This document shows positions 35,805 through 46,945 of a DNA stretch of 54,799 nucleotides, piece after piece. Under the pieces are notes generated by a model. The model saw only the letters and a list, made by a program, of their open reading frames with translations, was not told the origin of the DNA and did no database searches. This stretch comes from Chiloscyllium plagiosum (Eukaryota). Where the stretch lies: assembly GCF_004010195.1 (NCBI RefSeq), contig NC_057754.1, positions 1,317,389-1,372,187 of the forward strand, given 5' to 3'. Made by a program: the position numbers and the translations under genes. Each line of letters starts with the position of its first letter. Within the stretch, counting starts at the first letter, position 1.

Positions 35805-36095
35805 GGGAGTGCACTGGGGCACTGGGGCCAGGCTGTAACTCTGGGAGTGCACTGGGGCACGGGAGCCAGGCTGTAACTCTAGGAGTGCACTGGGGCCAGG
35901 CTGTAACTCTGGGAGTGCACTGGGGCCAGGCTGTAACTCTGGGAGTGCACTGGGGCACGGGGGCCAGGCTGTAACTCTGGGAGTGCACTGGGGCACGGGG
36001 GCCAGGCTGTAACTCTAGGAGTGCATTGGGGCCAGGCTGTAACTCTAGGAGTGCACTGGGGCCAGGCTGTAACTCTAGGAGTGCTCTGGGGCACT
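35805..36095. repeat. 30/38-bp minisatellite
   Basis: Unit gggagtgcactgggg[cacggggg]ccaggctgtaactct. Confidence 0.95.
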
Positions 36096-36159
36096 CAACT
36101 GTAAAAAAACACTGGATGGACAGATTCGACCACTGTCCACATGGTGTGGCGGTGAGAGA

Positions 36160-37797
36160 GGGGTCAGAGGGATATACGCAGGTTTAGTGAGTGAGCAGAT
36201 GGAATATAATGTGGGCAAAGGTGAGGTTATGCACTTTGGCTGGAGGAATAGCGGAGCTGAGTATTATTGAAATGGAGCAAGACTGCAGAAAGCTGTGTCA
36301 CAGAGGGACTGGGGAGTCCTCATCAATGAATCACAAAAGGGACAATAAATTCAATTCAATTCAGCAAGCATCCCAAATTCAGTGGGCCAATGGAATGCTG
36401 GCCTTAATTTTATAGGGAATGGGATATAAAAATAGGGAGGTTTTGCCGAAACGATAAAAGATACTTGTCTGGCCACAGCTGGAAATACTGTCAACAGCTT
36501 TGGGCCCCTTATCTAAGATAGACTGGGCATCGGAGGCAGTCCAGAGAAGGTTCCTTTGACTGATCGTGGGTATGGGGTGGCTGTCTTATGGAGGAAAGGT
36601 TGAGTAGGTCAGGCATTCCCCTGTTGGAGTTGAAAGAATGAGACATAGAGTCATAGAATCATAGAAACAGCACAGAAACAGACCCTTCGGTCCAACCCGT
36701 CCATACTGACCCAGATACCCCAACCCAATCTAGTCCCACCTGCCAGCACCCGGACCATATCCCTCCAAACCCTTCCTATTCATACCCCCATCCAAATGCC
36801 TTTTAAGTGTTGCAATTGTACTGGCCTTCTACAAGACTCTTAGGGGTCTTGACAAAGAGACGGCACGGTGGCACAGTGGTCAGCACTGCTGCCTCATAAC
36901 GCCAGAGACCCGGGTTCAATTCCCGCCTCAGGCGACTGTCTGTGTGGAGTTTGCACGTTCTCCCCGTGTCTGGGTGGGTTTCCTCCGGGTGCTCCGGTTT
37001 CCTTCCACAGTCCAAAGATGTGCAGGTCAGGTGAATTGGCCATGCTAAATTGCCTGTACTGTTAGGTGAAGGAGTAAATGTAGGGAAATGTGTCTGGATG
37101 GGTGCGCTTCGGCAAGTCGGTGTGGACTTGTTGGGCCGAAGGGCCTGTTTCCACACTGTAAGTTATCTAAGTAAAGAGACCTTGGTGCAGGTTCATAGTT
37201 CCTTAAAAGTGGACTCATAGGTAGATAGGACAGTGAAGGAAGTGTTTGGTATGCTTGGCTTTATTGGTCAAAGCATTGAGTATAAAAGTTGGGAGGTCAT
37301 GTTGCAGCTGTACAGGACATTGGTTAGGCCACTTTTGGAATACTGTGTTCAGTTCTGGTCTCCCTGCTACAGCAAGGATGTTGTGAAACTTGAAAGGGCT
37401 CAGAATAGATCTACAAGGATGTTGCCGGGGTTGGAGGATTTGAGCTATAGGGAGAAGCTGAATAGGCTGAGGCTGTTTACCCTGGAGTGTCGGAGGCTGA
37501 GATCCGACTTTATAGAGGTTTATAAAATCATGAGGGGCATGGATAGGGTAAATAGACAAGGTGTTTTCCCTGGGGTTGGGGAGTTCAGAACTAGAGGGGC
37601 GTAGGTTTAGGGTGAGAGGGGAAAGATATAAAAGGGACCTAAGGGGAAACATTTTCACGCAGAGGGTGGTACGTGTATGGAATGAGCTGCCAGAGGATGT
37701 GGTGGAGGCTGGTACAATTGCAACATTTAAGTATCTGGGTCAGTATGGACGGGTTGGACCGAAGGGTCTGTTTCCCTGCTGTACATCTCTATGACTC
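36160..37797. mobile_element. Retroelement cluster: CR1 (+, ~36160-36645), CR1 tail (-, ~36646-36830), V-SINE (+, ~36860-37165), CR1 (+, ~37175-37797)
   Basis: CR1 ORF2 C-terminal peptide in ORF 37233-37604; SINE head at 36861. Confidence 0.88.
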
Positions 37798-37989
37798 CAT
37801 CATTGTGTGTGTGTGTTTGTAGTGACAGTCAATGGTACACACTCTGATGTAAGCTTCGCCCTGCAGCAGAGGGCAAATACTGTTACAGAATGTTCCGGAA
37901 TGGCAGTCTCATGTGGGCAGGTCCACTGGGTACATTCAGAGATCATCAGAACCTTACACACAGGCACTTTCACACATCACTGAGCACAC

Positions 37990-38310
37990 AGGGCAGGGAA
38001 CTACAACTCCCAGCGGCCAACACGGTGCCCGCACGCGCACTGGCTGCAACTTTTGCCCCGCCCCGCCCAATCCTTCCCTTGATCCACACCCCTCAGAGCC
38101 GTCCCTTACCGAGCATGCGCAGTCCTCCCTCATTCCCCACGCCAGGACTACACCTCCCGGCGGCCCTCTGAGCACTTGCCGCATGCGTACCGAAAGCGCC
38201 TTTGCTTCTTCCCCGCCCACCGTCACCTCCCCCGGGTCCCTCCCCCTACAGCGCGTGCGCAGTCCTCCCTCGCCGCATCTCCAGGCCCGCCGCCGCATGC
38301 GCAGTCGCGC
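37990..38310 (+). promoter_or_regulatory. MEN1: MEN1 CpG-island promoter
   Basis: ZNF143/SBS-like ACTACA(A/C)CTCCC at 38000 and 38147; NRF1-like GCATGCG/GCGTGCGC at ~38113, 38181, 38253 and 38295; GC boxes and a CCAAT box at ~38067. Confidence 0.75.
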
Positions 38311-38432
38311 CGGGGCCTGGTCGGTTGCTGAGGCGACCGTGAGGCGGGCTCCGAGCGTGTGGAGACGGCGGCGGTGTCGTCGTGAGGGAGGGAGAGGCCG
38401 ATCGTTGCGGTCCCGCCACTTCAGGGGGAACG
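38310..38432 (+). other. MEN1: MEN1 non-coding exon 1 (5' end approximate)
   Basis: GC-rich segment after the promoter motifs ending at donor ACG|gtgaga; vertebrate MEN1 has a non-coding first exon. Confidence 0.55.
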
Positions 38433-38629
38433 GTGAGAGAGAGAGAGAGAGAGAGACGGGGGAGGGGGGGAGACGGTGTTAAAGTGAAAGTTGGGGCAGT
38501 TTTCGCGCCTTTACCGCTTTGTGCAGAATAAAGTTCCCCGTCCGTGCCAGCCCGCGCCGCCTTCATGTAAAACCCCCTAAACCCAGCGCTCTTAGTCAGG
38601 GGAAACACTGGCCGTCCTCCTTCCCGCAA

Positions 38630-40175
38630 GCAGAGCGCTTTATCCAGGAGCAACGTCGCGGGGGGGTCAGCTAGAAAGCCACCAGTGGCCTGGTCTATTG
38701 TATTGCGGGGAGTTCAGGCACTTTATCCAGGAGCAATGTCACAGGAGGTCAGCGAAACAGCCACCGTCAATGTGTTTCTGTATACCGCAATATGCTCGTT
38801 CCCCACCTGCTGAGAGTTCAGGCACTTTATCCAGGAGCAATGTCACTGGAGGTCGGCGAAACAGCCACAGTCAGTGTGTTTCTGTATACCGCAATATGCC
38901 CATTCCCCACCTGCTGAGAGCGCAGGTGCTTTATCCAGGAGCAATGCCACTGGAGGTCGGCGAAACAGCCACCGTCAATGTGTTTCTGTATACCGCAATA
39001 TGCTCGTTCCCCACCTGCTGAGAGTTCAGGCGCTTTATCCAGGAGCAATGCCACTGGAGGTCAGCGAAACAGCCACCGTCAATGTGTTTCTGTATACCGC
39101 AATATGCTCGTTCCCCACCTGCTGAGAGCGCAGGCACTTTATCCAGGAGCAATGTCACTGGAGGTCGGCTAAACAGCCACAGTCAATGTGTTTCTGTATA
39201 CCGCAATATGCTCGTTCCCCACCTGCTGAGAGTTCAGGCACTTTATCCAGGAGCAATGCCACGCGTGGTCAGCTGAGCACCGAGAATACGTAGTGAAACA
39301 GCAGATTCCTGATGAAGGACTTGGACCCAAAGTGTCAACTCTCCTGCTCCTCGGATGCTGCCTTTACCTGCTGTGCTTTTCCGGCGCTGCACTCTTGACT
39401 CTGATCTTCAGCATCCGCAGTCCTCACTTTCTCCTAAAACATTATTACGTCAGTCACTTGTACCCTTTGAGAGTGCTGGCCGTTTATCCAGGAGCAGTGC
39501 CGCTCGGGGCCAGCTAAACACCAGAAATACGCAGCAAAATATTATTATTTTGATCATTTCCCACCTGTTGAGAGCTCGCGCTCTTTATCCAGGAGCAATG
39601 CCACTCGGGGTCAGCTGAACGCCAGAAATATGCAGCAAAGTGTTACTACCGTGAGCGTTTCTCTGGTTGACAGCTCAGGTTCTTTATCCAGGAGAAAGTG
39701 AGGACTGCAGATGCTGGACATCAGAGTCGAGAGTGTGGAGCTGGAAAAGCGCAGCAGGTCAGGCAGCATCCGAGGAGCAGGAAAAACACCCGTTGATTCT
39801 CCTGCTCCTCGGATGCTGTCTGACCTGCTGTAGCTTTTTCAGCACCGCTCTCTCGACTGTTCATCCAGGAGCAATGCCACTCGTGGTCTGCTGCACGCAA
39901 GAAATATGCAGCAGACTGTTACCTTGTTCATTCCACCCATTGAGAGCTCAGGCATTTTATTCAGGAGCAATGCTGCTTGAGGTCACTTAAACAGCCACCA
40001 GTGATATATTGACGTACATTCCATTGCCCATTTCTGCGCTTTGTTCCTGGACAAAGGGCCTGAGCTTTCAGCATTGGTCACGGTCAGCTAAACATCAAAG
40101 AAATGCACCAAATACCTACCTATCAAGAGCTTGGCCTGTTTACTCAGGAGCAACATTGCTGGTGGTTAGCTAAAC
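38630..40175. repeat. 104-bp tandem array: ~5 homogeneous copies (38712-39260) plus diverged flanking copies, interrupted by two Penelope-type ends
   Basis: tttatccaggagcaatg at 38722, 38826, 38930, 39034, 39138 and 39242; diverged copies at ~38638, 39483, 39584, 39684, 39860, 39957 and 40140. Confidence 0.92.
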
Positions 40176-40286
40176 AATTTTACTACTCCTTACTAAGGCA
40201 GCACCAGGAATCAAGCCTTTGTTTTCTTGGAGTCGTCACCAATGTTAAAATTATTATAAATATTACAAATAAATAGATTCTTGTTG

Positions 40287-40675
40287 TAAGGAGAGGCTGG
40301 AACTTTTTTCCCTGGAGTGTAGAGGTTGAGGGGTGACCTTATAGAAATCTATAAAATCATGAGGGGTATAGATAAAGTGAAAAGCTGGTGTCTTTTCCCG
40401 AGGATGGTACAGTTTTAAGGTGAGAGGAGAAAGGTTTTAAAAAGACCTTAAGGGGCAATTTTTATTACGCAGGGAGTGATTCGTGTATGTGCAGTGAACT
40501 TTCGGAAGAAGTGGATGTGGGCACCATTACAGTGTTGGAAAAGCATTTGGATAAGTTCATGAACCGGGACAGTTTGGAGGGATAGGGGCCAGGATCAGGC
40601 AGGTGGGACTAGTTTGGGATTATTTGGCATGGACTGGTTGGACCGAATGGTCTGTCTCCGTGCAGTATGACTCCA
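40287..40675 (+). mobile_element. CR1-type LINE 3' fragment
   Basis: Similarity to other CR1 tails in the window. Confidence 0.82.
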
Positions 40676-41082
40676 AATAACTATTCAAAAGTGGTTATTA
40701 GGGTGGAAGGAAAGACTGGAATGGCAGTTCAGTTAGCCTGTTTCACTGAGGTAGACCTTTCGGCTCTGTTAAGGTGTGTTGCACCTTGGTTTTCCTTCTC
40801 CAGATTCTTCCATTTGCTTGCAGAAGGCACAGGGTGACTGATTCCCACTTGTAATATCTCTGGCTTACCGGTTAAGAGCCACAGTTTACAGTGGCTGCTA
40901 AGGAAAGAAAGATAACCTGGCTTTCTTCAGGCTGAAGATGTTAGTTTAAATTGCAGAGCAGAAACACAGCTCCTGGGGCAGCACAGTGGCTCAGTGGTTA
41001 GCACTACTGCCTCACAGCACCAGGGACCCACGTTCGATTCCAGCCTTGGTGGGCATTGGGCCAAGGAGTGGCAGATGGAGTA

Positions 41083-42140
41083 TAGAACACTTTGGCCTTT
41101 GATGTTGCGCTGACCTGTGAAACCAATCTGAGGCCCAGCTAACCTACACTTCCATTCTCGTCCATATGCCTATCTGATGACCATTTAAATGCCCTTAAAG
41201 TTGGCAAGTCCACTCCTGTTGCAGGCTGTGCGTTTCACGCCCTACTACTCTCTGAGTAAAGAAACTACCTTGGACAGCTGTCCTATATCTATCACCCCTC
41301 TATTTAAAGCTATGTCCCATAGTGCAAGCCATCACCATCTGAGGAAAAATGCTCTCACTGTCCACACTATCTAACCCTCTGATTATCTTATTTGTCTCAA
41401 GTCCCCTCTCAACCACCTCCTCTCTAATGAAAATGGTCTTAAGTCCCTCAGCCTTTCCTCATAAGACCTTCCCTCCAGACCAGGCAGCCTTCTGGTAAAT
41501 CTCCTCTGCACCCTTTCCAAAGCTTCCACATCCTTCCTATAATGCAGTGACCAGAACTGTACACAATACTCCAAATGTGGCCTCACCAGAGTTTTGTACA
41601 GCTGCAGCATGACCTCATGGCTACGAAACTCAATCCCTCTATCAATAAAAGCTAACACACCGTATGCCTTCTTAACAACCCTATCAACCTGGGTGGCAAC
41701 TTTCAGGGGTCTATGTACATGGACACCAAGATCTCTCTGCTCATCTACACTACCAATAATCTTACCATTAGCCCAGTGCTCTGTATTCCTGTTACTCCTT
41801 CCAAAGTGTCTCACCTCACATTTTTCTGCATTAAATTCCATTTGCCACTTCTCAGCCCAGCTTTGCAGCTTATCTAAGTCACTCTGTAGCCTACAGCATC
41901 CTTTGGCACTATCCACAGCTCTACCAACCTTACTGTCATCCCTGGATTTACTAACCCATCCTTCTCTGCCCTTATCCAGGTTGTTCATAAAAATGACAAA
42001 CAGCAGTGGCCCCAAAACCGATCCTTGCAGTACTCCACTAGTAACTGAACTCCAGGATGAATATTTCCCATCACCCACCACCCTAGCTCTTCTTTCAGCT
42101 AGCCAATTTCTGATCCAGACCACTAAATCACCCTCAATCC
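41083..42140 (-). mobile_element. CR1-type LINE fragment (RT C-terminal half) nested in another CR1
   Basis: ORF 41383-42123: [14 protein letters not shown]...SRDDSK (decayed FADD motif)...LYKTLVRPHLEYCVQFWS. Confidence 0.92.
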
Positions 42141-42159
42141 ATGCCTCTGTATTTTATGC

Positions 42160-42960
42160 AAATTTAGACAAACGTGATGTGTTGCATTTTGGAAAAGCAA
42201 ATTAGGGCAAGACTTATACACTTAATGGTAGGGTCCTGGGGAGTGTTGTTGAACAAAGAGACCTTGGAGTGCAGATTCATAGATCCTTGAAAGTGGAGTC
42301 ACAGGAAGATAGGATAATGAAGAAGGCGTTTGGTATGCTTTCCTTTATTGGTCAGAGTATTGAGTACAGGAGTTGGGAGGTCATGTTGCAGCTGTACAGG
42401 ACATTGGTTCGACCACTTTTGGAATACTGTGTTCTGTTCTGGTCTCCTTGCTATAGGAAGGATGTTGTGAAACTTAAAAGGGTTCAGAAAAGATATACAA
42501 GGATGTTGCCAGGGTTGGAGAGTTTGAGCTACAGGGAGAGGCTGAACAGGCTGGGGCTGTTTTCCCTGGAGCGTCGGAGGCTGAGGGGTGACCTTATAGA
42601 GGTTTATAAAATCATAAGGGATATGGATAGGATAAATAGGCAAAGTCTTTTCCCTGGGATCGGGGACTCCAGAACAAGATAGATTTAAGGTGAAAGGGGA
42701 AAGATTTAAAAGGGACCTAAGGGGCAACTTTTTCACGCAGAGGGTGGTGTGTGTATGGAATGAGCTACCAGAGGAAGTGGTGGAGGCTGGTACAATTACA
42801 ACATTTAAGAGGCATTTGGATGGGTATATGAATAGGAAGGGTTTGGAGGGATATGGGCCGGGTGGGACTGATAGGTGGGACTGGATTGGGTTGGGATATC
42901 TGGTCGGCATGGATGGGTTGGACCGAAGGGTCTGTTTCCGTGCTGTACATCTCTATGACT
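42160..42960 (+). mobile_element. CR1-type LINE 3' fragment (5' piece at ~41051-41082)
   Basis: ORF 42269-42682 CR1 peptide; ctctatgact tail. Confidence 0.92.
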
Positions 42961-43139
42961 GGAATAAAGCTTGCCTCAGTGATGGTAACAATGTGTATGA
43001 TCAATAATTGTTATAAAGTCCCACCTGCATCTCTGCTTCCCTTTTTAAATAAGGAAATCTACTGTCCTTCACTGGTCTGGCCTACATGTGACTTCAGACA
43101 AAGTGATGTCCTTGACCTTAACTGAGTATTTTTTTCTAT

Positions 43140-43355
43140 CATTAATGTGATGTGGACCAGCATTTACTGCTCATCTCTAATTGCCCCTTGAATCTGGTGG
43201 CTTGCTAGGACCATCTCAGAGAGCAGTTGAGAATGAGCCATACGGCTGTGCGTGTAGATTCACATTTGACCAGACCAGGTAAGGATGGCAGATTTCCTTC
43301 CCTAAAGGACATCAGTGAACCAAGCGGACTTTCATAAAGATAACTGTTATGGTCA
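43140..43355 (-). mobile_element. Deu-domain SINE fragment (SacSINE1-like); related pieces at ~4410-4545, 45570-45830, 51720-51885 and 53870-53970
   Basis: ccaggtaaggatggcagatttccttccctaaaggacatcagtgaacc core. Confidence 0.65.
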
Positions 43356-43940
43356 TGCTATGGGCTAGACCAAACCCCCTCAAAATGTCTGAAGAAGATA
43401 GTCTACACTCTTAATCTCTTACTTTAAAGGCAAGTGTTAGGTGTTGCATTCCAGATGCAAATCAGTTGGTCAAACTAACAGATTTGAAGCATAAACACAC
43501 TTCATTCATAGTTAAGATTCAACAAAAGAAAGAAGAAATTGGAGTAACAACTATCTCGGAAAACTTAACAGAGTAACAGATTATTTAACTATAAACGGTA
43601 ACTGTTCCAATCAAATTTAGTCAAATAGATTGTCTCACATGCAATTCTAGCATCAGGCTCTTAGCTGTAACAGAGAGAGGGGAAACGGCTTCCACATCCA
43701 GCTTCAAGACCCCAACAGTTGCTACTCCAAAGCTAACACTAAATATCCTGGTTCAGTGGGAGCTTGACACACCCAGTCGGGCTGCTTCTATTGTTCTAGT
43801 TTAAAAAAAAAACCCGAAGGCCTCACAAGCTGTTTACTTTATGGGCTTTTAGTAGAGAGCGCAGTGCCTCTGTCTTATCACCTTTCTTTAAAAACAAAGC
43901 CAGGACAAAATACGCCTCTTTAACCCAGAGAATTGGCACA
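43356..43940. mobile_element. Solo LTR (Gypsy-like), 585 bp
   Basis: TG...CA termini with 4-bp direct repeat GTCA at 43352-43355 and 43941-43944; splits the Deu-SINE. Confidence 0.65.
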
Positions 43941-44437
43941 GTCACCATTAGGTTAGCTTTTACGACCAGCATTTCATTGGTACCAGGTTCACTGTATACC
44001 ACGTCAAACCCAAGCCCCTGCAACATTCACCCATGCCGCTGGATCACAAGCCCAGTGACAACCCCCCTGTGCCCATCAGGTTCAAGGGCAAGAGGCAATG
44101 GTTAGTAAATGCTGGCCTTGCTAGCATCCTGTGGGGGAAATGAACATTGCGGGACTCTTCCGTTAAGTCAAATGTTGGAATTTTTGCATTTGTCCGGATG
44201 AGTGAGAGATTTCGGCAATATTCGAGCTAAATAATTGGTCAGTCGCAAAACCCGATCACCCCCACAGTAATTCATTTGATAAGCGGCCATGTAAAACCAC
44301 ATCGTACCTCAGTCAGGTTTGGCTTTGTCCATGAGAGTTAGGCCGTTCGGTCTATCGAGTCTGCTTTGCCGTTTGCGCGGTGTAATTGTTGGGTTGTTCT
44401 GTGCTAGGTGTCCCCCCCGCGACCTGAAGGAGGCAGC

Positions 44438-44885
44438 ATGGGTCTGAAGTCTACGCAGGCTGCCTTCTTCCCCATCTGCAGCATCGATGAGGTGGTCAAG
44501 CTGTTTGCCTTTGAGCTGAAACGGGACGAGCCCGACCTGACCCTGCTGTCCCTGGTGCTGGGCTTCGTCGAACACTTCCTCGCCGTGAACCGGGTCCTCC
44601 CTGTCAATGTTCCCGGCTGCAGCATTGAGGGCTCCCCGTGCCCGGAGACCGGATCCGAGGTGGCCACCTGCTTCCCCTGCGTGGACCTCCCGCAGGTTAG
44701 GGCTCTGCACACCCGATTCACCACCATGATCCGGGGAGCGGTCGACCGGTCCCTGTACCCCCTGAAGGAGGGCTACTCCAGCCGCGAGCTGGTCAAGAAG
44801 GTGTCCGACGTCATCTGGAACAGCCTGAGCCGCTCCTACTTCAAGGATAGAGCGCACATCCAGTCTCTCTTCAGTTTCATTACAG
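44438..44885 (+). CDS. MEN1: MEN1 exon 2 (first coding exon; acceptor at 44408)
   Basis: [53 protein letters not shown]...[19 protein letters not shown]; donor G|gtacgt. Confidence 0.98.
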
Positions 44886-45132
44886 GTACGTCCTCCCTGC
44901 CTCTGAGAACCACCTTGCTCGATAAGTGCCCGGTGACATTAGCCCGCTGTCCTCTGCATCGCGAACATCGTGGGTTCAGGACACTCCCCCCTCCATGAAG
45001 CACAAACAAGGCCCAGACCACCCCGTTGTGAGGAGAGGGCGTGGTGGAGTTGTTAAGTAGATTCTGAGCCCGTGAGGGATGGAGGATAGCGAGGCTGTAA
45101 TCCTAGGCCAGATATTGAAACAATGCCTGCCA

Positions 45133-45442
45133 GGGCGGCACGGTGGCTCAGTGGTTAGCACTGCTGCCTCTCCGCGCCAGGGACCCGGGTTCAATCCCAC
45201 CCTCGGGTGTCTGTGTGGAGTTTGCACATTCTCCCCGTGTCTGCGTGGGTTTCCTCCGGGTGCTCCGGTTTCCTCCCACAGTCCAAAGATGTGCAGGTTA
45301 CGGTGGGTTGGCCATGCACAATGTAGGTTAGGTGCATTAGTCAGGGGTAAATGTAGGGGAGTGGGTCTGGGCACATTACTCTTCAGAGGGTCAGTGTGGA
45401 CCCATTGAGCCAAATGGCCTGTTTCCACTCAGTAGGGATTCT
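45133..45442 (+). mobile_element. V-SINE (HE1-like), near full length
   Basis: gggcggcacggtggctcagtggttagcac head with A/B-box-like motifs. Confidence 0.92.
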
Positions 45443-46059
45443 GTGAGCATTAGTTCCAAGCTGGTTTGGTTTGATTTGATTAACGTTATCACGTGTATCT
45501 GAGTACAGTGAAAAGCTGTGTGTTGCAAACAGTACAGGTGGATCATAGCAAACGAGGGGAGGCAACGGCCGAGTGCTGTTATCGCTGGACTGTTAATCCA
45601 GAGACCTGGGTTTGAATCCTGCCATGGATGTCTGGAATTAAGAGTGCAGTGCTAACCGTGAATCCGTTGCTGATTGCTGGGAGAAAGCCTAGTCACTCAT
45701 CTCCTTCAGGGAAGGAAACTGCCATCCTTCCAGGGTCTGGCCTACATGTGACTCCAGTCCCACCAGCAATGGGGTTGACTCTTAACTGCCCTCTGGGCCC
45801 AGCCAGTGAAGCCCTCACGCTGTGAATCAATAGAGGGGAAAAAGAAAGGACATCCAGATCATAGGGTGCTTGAGTAGAGCAAGGGTACAGGTTTACAGGG
45901 CACAGGAGGAATACCAAGCGAGATCAACATTGGGTTTGAAACCTGAGAGGCCCATTCAATAGCCTCATAACACCCTGACCAAGGGTTCTGTGTTCACCTA
46001 AGGAGGTAAATGGAACAATTGGAACCTCCCACGGGCATGACAGGGTTAAACTGCTCTGC

Positions 46060-46285
46060 AACTAAAACAGAAATTGTTGGAAAAACTCAGCAGGTTTGGC
46101 AGCATCTGTAGAAAGAAAGCAGAGTTAACATTTTGGGTCCAGTGACCCTTCCTCAGAACCCGAACTGGACTTGAAACGTTAACCCTGCATTCTCTCCACA
46201 GATGCTGCTAGACCTGCTGAGTCTTTCGGACGATTTCCGTTCTCGTTACTGATTTCCAGCCCCCGCAGTTGTTTAGGTTTTATTA
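46060..46285. mobile_element. Inverted pair of Penelope-type terminal repeats with decayed hammerhead cores
   Basis: Arms ~46064-46145 and ~46164-46245; minus strand gtt-CTGAGGA-agggtc-actg-gaccc-aaaat-gtt-aac. Confidence 0.65.
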
Positions 46286-46715
46286 TGCCCCGTGGTCAGT
46301 GTTCGTTTCTATGAGGTAGGCAGTGAGACATCGTTCGCGCCATTCCATGCAGAATGAATTCCAACCGCTACTGTTTGTTCAGGAATGGCTTGTGGTACAC
46401 ACCATCTGCTCATCTTCTGTGTCTACAAGCTGCAAAGTCCATCGGATTGTAGATGTGAGATTCCATAAGGATGATGTTGGAGCTCTGTTCTGGTAACTCT
46501 TGATCTGAAATTTCCAGACACCTCACATCGTGTATTCAGTGTATAACCAGCAAAACTCCTTTTCAAAAACTAAGCATGAAGGTGCAGCTGTTAAACTAGT
46601 TTGTGATCTCCTTTCACACCATGTGAATGTAACATAACAAAGTTCTGATTCCTGTTTTGTGATAGGACCGCCCTTTGGTTTGTTCTAATGACATACCCGC
46701 TCCTGCTTCCCTCAG

Positions 46716-46924
46716 GTACTAAGCTGGACAGCTGCGGGGTGGCCTTTGCAGTGGTGGCTGCCTGTCAGGTCCTGGGCCTTCGCGATGTCCACTTGGGCCT
46801 CTCCGAGGACCATGCTTGGGTGATCTTTGGCGAAAACGGTGAGGAGACAGCTGAGGTGACCTGGCACGGCAAAGGCAACGAGGACAGGAGGGGGCAGACG
46901 GTGACAGCAGGTGTTGCTGAGAGG
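46716..46924 (+). CDS. MEN1: MEN1 exon 3
   Basis: cag|GT...AGG|gtgagg, 209 nt; [35 protein letters not shown]...[22 protein letters not shown]. Confidence 0.98.
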
Positions 46925-46945
46925 GTGAGGATGCTAGGGCTGGGC

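Noticed and set aside
38712..39260. CRISPR-like or coding interpretation of the 104-bp array
   Set aside because: The whole unit is repeated with no spacers, and 104 is not a multiple of 3, so the repeated short ORFs are artefacts.
41383..42123. 246-aa reverse transcriptase ORF as an active gene
   Set aside because: 5'-truncated CR1 copy with the FADD motif decayed to SRDD.
44309..44857. 182-aa ORF antisense to MEN1 exon 2
   Set aside because: Expected shadow ORF of a GC3-rich coding exon.
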